This document shows positions 1 to 7,774 of a DNA stretch of 34,441 nt, in pieces. Within the stretch, counting starts at the first letter, position 1. Each line of letters starts with the position of its first letter. Under the pieces are notes generated by a model. It was not told where the DNA came from. It did not search any database and was given only the letters and a program-made list of their open reading frames with translations. Both the position numbers and the translations under genes were made by a program. The stretch spans positions 1 through 34,441 of the forward strand of contig SOIC01000175.1 in assembly GCA_004377275.1 (NCBI GenBank), read 5' to 3'. Source of the stretch: Dehalococcoidia bacterium (GTDB lineage: Bacteria > Chloroflexota > Dehalococcoidia > E44-bin15).

Positions 1-507
1 GTTGGCCGCGTGTTCAAGACTATTAACTTCCAAGCCCCCTTTCAATTGTCAATGCCTTTTAACGTGAAGTTGACGGGATGCCTGGTTGGCAGTAGATTAC
101 AGGCAAAAAGGAAGCGAAGTTATAGCTTATACCAGATAGCTAAGTTTCAGCTATCAAAACCCTACGAGAATCGTTTTGAGGTTGTATCTGCCTCGACTGT
201 GTCCTGGGAGACGGAAGCTACATAGATATTATCGCCAAGGCGACGACTATGCTCCCCAAGGGTGGTGGCAGGCATGTGGTCCCCATCGGATGGCATCCTG
301 CTTCTCTATGTAATCGAGGTATAACGCATAGTCCAGCCGGTCGGACTATAGGAATGCCAAAATCGACCGGTCGATCTCGGTAAAATCACCCAAAGGTATC
401 ACTATCAAGGGCTCCACCCTTGCCCACCCCCTGTGGCGAATAAGAGGGCTTGCCCAATGACAGTCATGCCGCCACCGCCTTTCTCGGTTCAGGCCCTCAA
501 ACTAGGC

Positions 508-1269
508 TTATTCTGTCTTACCCTTCTTTGGCAGGAAGGCGCTGAGCAGGTCCAGGGGCAGGGGAAATGCCAGAATTTGGGTCTTCTCGGTGGCGATCTC
601 GGTCAGAGTCTGTAGATAGCGCAATTGCAGCGTTGTCGGCTCCTTGCCGATTATTGCGCCCGCCTCAGCTAGCTTTTCAGAAGCCTGCAGCTCACCCTCG
701 GCATGGATGATCTTGGCTCTCCTCTCCCTCTCTGCCTCAGCCTGTGCCGCCATCGCCCGCTGCATTGTGCTGGGAAGCTCCACATCCTTTACCTCCACCA
801 CGCTCACCTTGATCCCCCAGGGCTCCGTCTGTTCATCGATGATCTGCTGAAGCTGCTGATTTATCTTCTCGCGGTGCGCCAGCAGGTCATCAAGCTCGGA
901 TTGGCCCAGCACACTCCTCAAGGTGGTCTGGGCAATCTGGTAGGTGGCCAGCCTGTAGTCATAGACCTCAACTACAGCAGCCTCCGGGTGCATCACCCTG
1001 AAATAGACCACTGCATTTACCTTCAGCGTTACATTGTCCCTGGTGATCGCCTCCTGAGAGGGTACATCCATAGTGATGGTGCGGGTGTCTATCTTGCGCA
1101 TGCGGTCGAGGAAGGGGATGATAAAGCGTATCCCCGGTGACCTGGTCTTCTCCAATCGGCCCAGCCGAAACACCACGCCAGCCTCATACTGGTAGACGAT
1201 CTTTATGGACGCCGGCAGCAGGATGAGCAGTAGCGCCGCCACTACGGCAACAATTATCAGATAATCCAT
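508..1269 (-). CDS. SPFH/band-7 (stomatin/prohibitin-like) membrane protein
   Basis: 253-aa ORF. An N-terminal TM helix ([16 protein letters not shown]) is followed by an SPFH-like core ([27 protein letters not shown]) and an Ala/Glu-rich helix ([15 protein letters not shown]). It starts 2 nt after the stop of the upstream nfeD-like ORF, the classic NfeD-SPFH pairing. Confidence 0.9.
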   Translation of the reverse strand: MDYLIIVAVVAALLLILLPASIKIVYQYEAGVVFRLGRLEKTRSPGIRFIIPFLDRMRKIDTRTITMDVPSQEAITRDNVTLKVNAVVYFRVMHPEAAVVEVYDYRLATYQIAQTTLRSVLGQSELDDLLAHREKINQQLQQIIDEQTEPWGIKVSVVEVKDVELPSTMQRAMAAQAEAERERRAKIIHAEGELQASEKLAEAGAIIGKEPTTLQLRYLQTLTEIATEKTQILAFPLPLDLLSAFLPKKGKTE

Positions 1270-1271
1270 TT

Positions 1272-2570
1272 TTATTCACCTCCTCTATTTTTCTTGGTTA
1301 CCCTTAGTCTTAAGCCATCGACCTCAGTGATCACCACCTCCTCTCCTGGCTCGACCTTTCCTTCATCCACTATGGCCTGCCAGCGTTCCCCGTGTACGAA
1401 CACGGTTCCTGTTGGGTCAAGGGTTGTCCTGGCGACCGCCACTATGCCCACCATCGCCTCTCGCCCGGTCTGCTGTCGCCTTCGGTGGGTGCGCAGGATG
1501 GCCCCGATGACAAGGACGCAAACGACGCTGACCACGATCACCACCCCAGCGATGACGCCAGGATTAATCTGAAAATAGGGGCTGCCCATCAAGGTCATCG
1601 AGCCCACGGTTAATGAAGCGATGCCGCCCAAGGCAAGTAACCCATGACTGGTGATGAAAACCTCAGCTACAAAGAGCCCAAAGGCGAGTACGATCAGTAA
1701 CACCCCTGTATAGTTAACCGGGAGCATCCCCAAAGAATAGAAGGAAAGCAAAAGACAGATGGCACCGACAACCCCGGGGAAGATCGTCCCCGGATTGTAT
1801 AGCTCTAGCATAATTCCAAGCATCCCCAGGCTCAGCAGGATGTAGGCGATATTTGGGTCGGCGATGGTGAAGAGAAAGCGCTCTATGGCCCCCATGTCGG
1901 TGTAATTGATCTCAGCACTATCGGTCTGCAGCGTGACCTCCTCTCCACTTAAGAGCGTCACCACTCGTCCATCAAGCTGTAGGAGGAGATCATCCAAATT
2001 ATCGGCCATAATATCGATAACCCCCAGCTCCAGGGCCTCCGAGGCGGGGCTTGACCTGCTCTCCCTTACCGCAGCCTCGGCCCAGTCAGCATTGCGGCCT
2101 CTTGCCTCAGCTATGCTTCTAATATAAGCGACGGCGTCGTTCACCACCTTCTCCTCCATGGTCTCATCTATCCCCTCCCCGCCCAGGGCCACGGGGTGGG
2201 CGGCGCCGATCCCGGTGCCCGGGGCCATCGCCGCTACATGAGATGCGAGAGTGATAAAGGCTCCCGCCGAGGCAGCCCTGCATCCCGGTGGCACATAGAC
2301 TACCACCGGGACATCGGCCTCCAGGATACGCTGCACAATGTCGCGCATGGCGCTATCAAGTCCCCCGGGTGTATCCATCTCAATAATACAGGCGGTGGCG
2401 CCATGCTCCTCAGCCAGCCCGATCCCGCGGTCAATATAGCCGGCGAGGACAGGGTTGACCGTCCCCTCAACCCTGAGGATATCTACCTGAGGAGTGACTG
2501 CGCTCGCTTCCCCAGGTATAAAGAGGATGAGCAACCCGAGCGCTATAAGGAAAAGCCAGAGCTTTCTCAT
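1272..2570 (-). CDS. NfeD-family membrane-bound ClpP-class serine protease (long form)
   Basis: 432-aa ORF. It has an N-terminal signal/TM segment, a ClpP-like domain ([21 protein letters not shown]), a multi-TM middle region and a C-terminal OB-fold-like NfeD tail ([17 protein letters not shown]). It sits immediately upstream of the SPFH gene. Confidence 0.85.
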   Translation of the reverse strand: MRKLWLFLIALGLLILFIPGEASAVTPQVDILRVEGTVNPVLAGYIDRGIGLAEEHGATACIIEMDTPGGLDSAMRDIVQRILEADVPVVVYVPPGCRAASAGAFITLASHVAAMAPGTGIGAAHPVALGGEGIDETMEEKVVNDAVAYIRSIAEARGRNADWAEAAVRESRSSPASEALELGVIDIMADNLDDLLLQLDGRVVTLLSGEEVTLQTDSAEINYTDMGAIERFLFTIADPNIAYILLSLGMLGIMLELYNPGTIFPGVVGAICLLLSFYSLGMLPVNYTGVLLIVLAFGLFVAEVFITSHGLLALGGIASLTVGSMTLMGSPYFQINPGVIAGVVIVVSVVCVLVIGAILRTHRRRQQTGREAMVGIVAVARTTLDPTGTVFVHGERWQAIVDEGKVEPGEEVVITEVDGLRLRVTKKNRGGE

Positions 2571-2598
2571 ACCAGATGCTTCCGATAGTTATCCACTC

Positions 2599-2627
2599 AT
2601 TATAGCTGGGTCGTGGTCTTTTTACAA
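2599..2627 (-). promoter_or_regulatory. Candidate sigma70-type promoter for the nfeD-SPFH operon
   Basis: The minus strand reads TTGTAA-N17-TATAAT, with the -10 ending about 28 nt upstream of the nfeD ATG at 2570. Pattern match only. Confidence 0.45.
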
Positions 2628-2652
2628 TCAAGTGTTGTGCGGTGTCCAGGAC

Positions 2653-2679
2653 ATTAGCGATACATTATCATTCGCTAAT
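2653..2679. promoter_or_regulatory. Perfect 8-bp inverted repeat with an 11-nt spacer (operator-like) in the nfeD/hisZ divergent region
   Basis: ATTAGCGA-tacattatcat-TCGCTAAT, read directly from the sequence. It lies just upstream of the candidate nfeD -35. Confidence 0.3.
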
Positions 2680-2747
2680 TGAACCCGTCATCGCGACCCC
2701 TCCGCTTTGCGAGAGTCCGACTTATCGGACGATTTAGGCCCAAGTCA

Positions 2748-2785
2748 GGGAGACCCCCGCCCCCGATTATATCGGGGGACTCCCC
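2748..2785. repeat. REP-like GC-rich hairpin element, copy 1 (inverted relative to copy 2 at 8934..8966)
   Basis: gggagacccccgCCCCCGATtatATCGGGGGactcccc. Its reverse complement aligns with 8934..8966 over about 30 nt, sharing the core GAGTCCCCCGATA..ATCGGGG.GGGG. Confidence 0.5.
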
Positions 2786-2951
2786 TATATCGTATCTACC
2801 TATTTGAACCTACAGTATAGCGTGGATGTCTTCTCCTCTTAACGTACCCAAGGTTGTTTCACCGTAGAACTCCCGCGGATGGCAAAAAAGAGCGAAATTA
2901 ACGATACCACATATCACCTATCTATCTGAACAAGCTCATCAAGCCTCATTG

Positions 2952-2980
2952 TTGAAGGCGGAACTATATTAGTGTAGAAT
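2952..2980 (+). promoter_or_regulatory. Candidate sigma70-type promoter for the his operon
   Basis: TTGAAG-N17-TAGAAT, with the -10 ending 28 nt upstream of the hisZ ATG at 3009. An AAGGTGG Shine-Dalgarno lies in between. Confidence 0.4.
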
Positions 2981-3008
2981 AATCGAAGCTTTGTAAAAGG
3001 TGGTAGGA

Positions 3009-4244
3009 ATGAAGGTGCCCAGGTGTAAAGGGATGCGTGACCTGCTTCCCGATGACATGGTAAAGTTTCGGCGGATCGAGGAGGTGTTTCGCCACTGCTC
3101 TTTAAAGTGGGGCTATGAGGAGGTGAGAACCCCAACGCTGGAGTACCTCCATCTTTTCACCGCCACCGGGACGCTGACCCCCGGCATGCTTGGCAGGGTG
3201 TATTCCTTCCTCGACTGGGATGGCTGGAGTGGTGAGAGGGTGGTATTGCGGCCAGAGGGCACCATCCCCACCGTGAGACTTTACCTGGAAAACCTAACAG
3301 GTGTCGAGGTCTCGCGGCTTTCCTATGTTGGAAATACCTTTACCTTTGAAGAAACAGGAAAGGAACGGAGAGAGCGCTGGCAGTGCGGTGTTGAACTTAT
3401 CGGAACTAGCCAGCCCCTCGCCGACGTGGAGCTTGTGCTTCTAGCCTCGGAGGTGCTGGGAAAGCTCGGTCTCGGTCCACTGGAGGTAAGGCTATCCCAC
3501 GCCGGCTTGATTAAGGCGCTCATCGGGGAGCTGGGATTGGGGGCTGCGGAGCAGACTCAGATATTCGACCAGGTTCTGGAGGGGAATATAAAGGCATTGG
3601 GCGAGATTGAGACCGAGGATATTGACCTGAAGAGGGTGCTGGCCCTTTTACTGGATGTCACGGGAAGCTCGCCGGGCTTTTTGGAGAATGTAAGGGCCCT
3701 CTTGGGAAAGGCCTTGCCCAGGTTTGAGCCCAGCCTGAGAGACCTGGCCAGCATTGCCGAGCTGCTCGGCACCATGGATTGCCCTTACCAGATCGATATC
3801 GCCTCGGGTAGGGGTTTTGAATACTATACCGGGGTGATGTTTCAGTTCTATATCTCAAAAGAGCAGGTTGGAGGAGGGGGCAGATACGATGACCTGATCT
3901 CGCTGGTGGGCGGCCCTCCCATTCCGGCATCGGGTTTTGCGCTATATGTGGATCAATTAATGGATCTCCTGATACTGGAGGAGCGCCCTGCCTCGAGGAT
4001 TCTGGTCCAGTCCCAGGACGGCGATGTGACGGGGCTCAATTCCTGCTTTGAGGTAGCGCGCTCCCTGAGGGAGGCAGGCTACCTTGTTGCGCTTGACCAT
4101 GGACAGAAGGCAATGGGTGATTTTCGATGGCTTCTTTCAGTGTCAGGGGAGGGCCTCTTCCGCTTAACCGATCAGGCTACCGGGGGGAAGTGTGAATTAA
4201 CCTCCGAAGCGGAGATTCGGCAGGTAATGGAGAATTCCAGGTGA
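3009..4244 (+). CDS. hisZ: ATP phosphoribosyltransferase regulatory subunit HisZ (HisRS paralogue)
   Basis: Class-II HisRS-like core (KGMRDLLP, RTPTLEY, VLRPEGT, GGGGRYDDL). The motif-2 Arg is absent (FTFEE where HisRS has FRxE) and there is no KEMY-type motif. Its stop overlaps the hisG start (GTGA). I prefer ATG 3009, which has AAGGTGG 5 nt upstream, over GTG 3000. Confidence 0.8.
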   Translation: MKVPRCKGMRDLLPDDMVKFRRIEEVFRHCSLKWGYEEVRTPTLEYLHLFTATGTLTPGMLGRVYSFLDWDGWSGERVVLRPEGTIPTVRLYLENLTGVEVSRLSYVGNTFTFEETGKERRERWQCGVELIGTSQPLADVELVLLASEVLGKLGLGPLEVRLSHAGLIKALIGELGLGAAEQTQIFDQVLEGNIKALGEIETEDIDLKRVLALLLDVTGSSPGFLENVRALLGKALPRFEPSLRDLASIAELLGTMDCPYQIDIASGRGFEYYTGVMFQFYISKEQVGGGGRYDDLISLVGGPPIPASGFALYVDQLMDLLILEERPASRILVQSQDGDVTGLNSCFEVARSLREAGYLVALDHGQKAMGDFRWLLSVSGEGLFRLTDQATGGKCELTSEAEIRQVMENSR

Positions 4245-5668
4245 AGCTGGCTTTACCCAAGGGGCGACTCTTAAAGGATACTGCGGCTTTGCTTGAGAGG
4301 GCGGGGCTCAGGCCTGAGGGGTATGATGAGCGGTCGCGCTCCTATCGCCTCAAATCATCCGGATTCCCCGACCTGTTTTTCAAGGTGTTCCAGGAGCGAG
4401 ATATCCCCATTCAGGTGGCTATTGGAAATTATGATTTGGGGATCTGCGGGCTGGACTGGGTGGCGGAGCTCCTGGCGAAATACCCCAGTAGCGACCTGGT
4501 GAAGGTAAGGGACCTGGTGTATGGCAGGAGCGATCTTTGCGTGGTCGCCAGCGGCCGTTCCGGGATCTCCTCGCTAGGGGTGATCAACGATGGATTTGAT
4601 CGAGTGCGCATCGTAAGCGAGTATCAGAACCTGGCGGAATCATTTGCCCTCAGGCAGAGATTAAGGCGATTCAGCATTCTCCCCATATGGGGGGCTGGTG
4701 AGGTCTACCCCCCGGAGAGCGCCGACCTGGCAATAATCGCCGAAACCGCGGCGGGCAACCTTGCGAGCTATGATCTGGTTCCACTAGCGAGGATTCTCAC
4801 CTCAACGGCTTTCTTAATCGCCAATAGGGATGGCCTGGCAAAAGCTGATATTAGCGAGCTTCTGGCATGCTTGCAACCCTTTGAGGCGGAAACTGAAGCG
4901 GAGACAGTTTTGCCTGCTGGTGGTGAGGCAAAGGGCGAAAAAATGGCTGAGGGTGAAGAGGTAGTCCGTATTGCCCTGCCCGATGGGCATCTGTTGAAAC
5001 CGGCCGCTGAATTCCTTGATAAAGCCGGCCTCAACATCCGGGGGTACGCGGGTGAAATGGGTGAGGGTGGAGAGTGTAGGGAGAGCGAAAAGGCCACTCG
5101 CAGGCCGACCATTGATTTGCCCGGAGTGACAATCAAGGTGATCAGGCCTCAGGATATGCCCCTCCAGGTGGCAAATGAGAACTTTGATCTGGCGATCACC
5201 GGCCAGGATTGGCTCAACGACCACCTCTATCGCTTCCCATCAAGCCCGGTGAAGGAAATCTTGAAACTGGGGTTTGGAAAGGTAACCGTGGTTGCTGTAG
5301 TCAGCAAAGATTTGCCCGCTCATGATGTCCATGGTCTGAGGGACCTCGTAATAGGGGGGCTTCTTCCCACCCTCAGGGTGGCTTCGGAGTATGTGAACAT
5401 CGCCGATAAGTATGCCCGGGATAATCACCTGGAGCGCTGTAAGATAATCCCCACCTGGGGAGCAAGCGAGGCCTTTCTCCCCGAGGATGCCGACCTGCTC
5501 ATCGAAAACACCGAGACCGGGGAAACCCTAGCGAGGCATAACTTAACGGTTATCGATACCATTTTTAAGTCCTCGGCATGCCTTATCGGCCACCGGGACA
5601 CGCTCTCCCATCCCTCGAAGAAGGGCAGAATAGAGCGTATAATCGACGTCATAAAGAAAGGCGGCTAG
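4241..5668 (+). CDS. hisG: ATP phosphoribosyltransferase made of two short-form HisG modules fused in tandem
   Basis: 475 aa. Residues ~1-213 and ~240-475 are each HisG-like (LALPKGRLL / IALPDGHLL, RDIPIQVA / QDMPLQVA, GLDW / GQDW, WGAGE / WGASE). The TGxTL PRPP loop is present only in module 2 (TETGETL). GTG start overlaps the hisZ stop. Confidence 0.85.
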   Translation: MKLALPKGRLLKDTAALLERAGLRPEGYDERSRSYRLKSSGFPDLFFKVFQERDIPIQVAIGNYDLGICGLDWVAELLAKYPSSDLVKVRDLVYGRSDLCVVASGRSGISSLGVINDGFDRVRIVSEYQNLAESFALRQRLRRFSILPIWGAGEVYPPESADLAIIAETAAGNLASYDLVPLARILTSTAFLIANRDGLAKADISELLACLQPFEAETEAETVLPAGGEAKGEKMAEGEEVVRIALPDGHLLKPAAEFLDKAGLNIRGYAGEMGEGGECRESEKATRRPTIDLPGVTIKVIRPQDMPLQVANENFDLAITGQDWLNDHLYRFPSSPVKEILKLGFGKVTVVAVVSKDLPAHDVHGLRDLVIGGLLPTLRVASEYVNIADKYARDNHLERCKIIPTWGASEAFLPEDADLLIENTETGETLARHNLTVIDTIFKSSACLIGHRDTLSHPSKKGRIERIIDVIKKGG

Positions 5669-5697
5669 AGAGCGAAAAAGGCGAAAAATTCAAAAAG

Positions 5698-6459
5698 ATG
5701 CCGTTGCTTTATCTTCATTTGAGCATTGCCAAAGAGGCGGCAGAGCTGCTGCATCATCCCGTAGTAGACCCAAACATGGGAAGCTACCTGGTGGGCACCA
5801 TCTCGCCCGATGTGCACTACGTTAGTGGCGTCTCCCGAAAGGAGACTCACTTTTTCGACTTTGATACGAAAGATTGTGAAAGCGGGGCAGGTCTGCTATT
5901 CAAAGCTCATCCCGATCTTGCCCGGGGGAGTAAATTGGATGCCACGACGAAATCTTTCATTGCCGGCTACCTCTCCCATCTCATTGCCGATGAGGTCTGG
6001 ATCCTAGACATCTATCGCCCTTTCTTCGGCAATTTATCACCGCTTAGTGGAGACCCGATGGCCAACATGCTCGACAGGCTGCTCCAGTTCGAGCTTGATC
6101 GCCGGGAGCGCGAGGATAAAGCGAAGATGGCGGTAATTCATGCTGAGCTCTGCGACTGGGAACTACAGGTTAATATCGATTTTTTAGCCACCACCGCCCT
6201 GCAGCAGTGGCGGGACTTCGCCTGTGCTGCGGCAGTTCGCCAGGTAACCCTAGACGATTTCCCACCATTTGCCCGAAGCTTCCTGCTCCCCAGTAAAAAG
6301 GTCGATGCGGAGCAGCTTGAGCCCTTCCTTTCATCAGTGCCTGATAAGCTGGATTGGGCTATCCAGCATGTCACCCCCCAGCGACTCATCGCCTTCCGGG
6401 AAAAAGCCATAAGCCAGTCCGTGGCGGCGGCCAGGGAGTATTTAGGTGAAGATAATTAG
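5698..6459 (+). CDS. Hypothetical His/Asp-rich protein, possibly a metal-dependent phosphoesterase (zinc phospholipase-C/P1-nuclease-like motif pattern)
   Basis: 253-aa ORF from ATG 5698; the longer ORF from 5578 would overlap hisG. Spaced His/Asp motifs: LHLSIAKEA, SPDVHY, ETHFFD, SHLIADEVW. Its 3-prime end overlaps the hisD start by 14 nt, so it is co-transcribed within the his operon. The family assignment is from memory and unverified. Confidence 0.6.
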   Translation: MPLLYLHLSIAKEAAELLHHPVVDPNMGSYLVGTISPDVHYVSGVSRKETHFFDFDTKDCESGAGLLFKAHPDLARGSKLDATTKSFIAGYLSHLIADEVWILDIYRPFFGNLSPLSGDPMANMLDRLLQFELDRREREDKAKMAVIHAELCDWELQVNIDFLATTALQQWRDFACAAAVRQVTLDDFPPFARSFLLPSKKVDAEQLEPFLSSVPDKLDWAIQHVTPQRLIAFREKAISQSVAAAREYLGEDN

Positions 6460-7774
6460 TGGTTTTCAAGACGCTAAAGCAATATTACAACGTGCCACTC
6501 TTGAGTTTGGTGAAGTTCCCCTTGAGGTGAAGCGAAGGATAAAAGAGGCCTTCGCTGCGGAGCTCACCCCTGAGGAGGCAGTGGGCCGGATCATCGCTGC
6601 GGTGCGAGATAAGGGGGATGCAGCCCTGTTGGACTTTACCAAGCGGATCGATGGGATAGAGCTCGAATCCTTAGAGGTAAGCAAGGAGGAGTGCCGCGAG
6701 GCCTGCGGAAAGGTGGACCAAGAGCTTATCGCGGCGCTTAATATCACTGCTGAGCGGGTGCGCTCCTTTCACCAGGTTCAACTTGGCCACAGCCTCAAGG
6801 AATTCATGGAGGGCGGGCTAGGGCAGATCGTTCGTCCCCTGGAGAGGGTGGGCATCTATGTGCCCGGGGGCACTGCCTGCTACCCATCGACGGTGCTGAT
6901 GACGGCGATCCCGGCCCGGGTCGCGGGGGTAGAGGAGATCATCCTGACCACTCCTCCCGGAGATGGGGGCGAGGTTCCCCCGGCTACGCTGGTGGCGGCG
7001 GACATCGCCGGCGTAGATCGGGTTTTCAAGGTAGGGGGCGCTCAAGCGATCGCCGCCCTCGCCTATGGCACCGAGTCCATCCCCAGAGTGGATAAAGTCT
7101 GCGGCCCCGGCGGCCTTTTCGTAACCCTGGCGAAGCGTATGGTCTACGGTGCGGTCGATATAGATGGCCTTTATGGCCCCACCGAGACGGTGATATTAGC
7201 GGATGATTCCGCCACACCTGCCCATTGCGCTGCCGACCTCCTGGCACAGGCAGAGCACGATTTGCTAGCCGTCGCGATACTGATCACCACCTCCTCCAGG
7301 CTGGCCCAGGAGGTCAATAGGGAGGTGGCGCGCCAGCTTGAAGGGCTGGAGCGAGCCCAGATTGCCCGCCGCTCGCTGGAAGAAAGGGGCCGTATAATCG
7401 TGGTCGCCGATATGGAGCAGGCTATTGAGCTGATTAACCTCTATGCCCCGGAGCACCTCTCCTTGATGGTACGCGATGCCTCCTCATACATAGAAAAGAT
7501 TCGCCATGCCGGGGCTATCTTTATCGGCAAAAACTCCCCCGAGGTGCTGGGTGACTACGTTGCCGGGCCGAGCCATGTGATGCCCACCGGAGGAACTGCC
7601 CGCTTCAGCTCCCCCCTCGGTGTGGGTGATTTCCTCAAGCTCACCAGCATCGTTTCTTTGAGCGACGGGGATGTGGAGGCGCTAGGTCCTGCAGCGGCGA
7701 CCATCGCCAGGGTGGAAGGGCTCACCGCCCACGCCCGAGCCGCGGAGCTAAGGCTGAAGAAGGGTGGTAAATGA
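6446..7774 (+). CDS. hisD: Histidinol dehydrogenase
   Basis: 442 aa with conserved HisD motifs (CGPGGLFV, AQAEHD, YAPEHL, GDYVAGPSHVMPTGG). GTG start. Confidence 0.95.
   Translation: MKIISGFQDAKAILQRATLEFGEVPLEVKRRIKEAFAAELTPEEAVGRIIAAVRDKGDAALLDFTKRIDGIELESLEVSKEECREACGKVDQELIAALNITAERVRSFHQVQLGHSLKEFMEGGLGQIVRPLERVGIYVPGGTACYPSTVLMTAIPARVAGVEEIILTTPPGDGGEVPPATLVAADIAGVDRVFKVGGAQAIAALAYGTESIPRVDKVCGPGGLFVTLAKRMVYGAVDIDGLYGPTETVILADDSATPAHCAADLLAQAEHDLLAVAILITTSSRLAQEVNREVARQLEGLERAQIARRSLEERGRIIVVADMEQAIELINLYAPEHLSLMVRDASSYIEKIRHAGAIFIGKNSPEVLGDYVAGPSHVMPTGGTARFSSPLGVGDFLKLTSIVSLSDGDVEALGPAAATIARVEGLTAHARAAELRLKKGGK

Noticed and set aside
10-225. 71-aa plus-strand ORF at the left edge
   Set aside because: The region is AT-rich and the peptide resembles no family I know. 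It could be the tail of a gene starting outside the window, but there is no evidence to call it.
3000-4244. Possibility that the 414-aa HisRS-like ORF is histidyl-tRNA synthetase (hisS) rather than hisZ
   Set aside because: The motif-2 arginine (FRxE) is replaced (FTFEE) and the KEMY-type histidine/ATP-site motif is absent. The gene also overlaps the hisG start, which fits the regulatory paralogue HisZ. A profile search would settle it.
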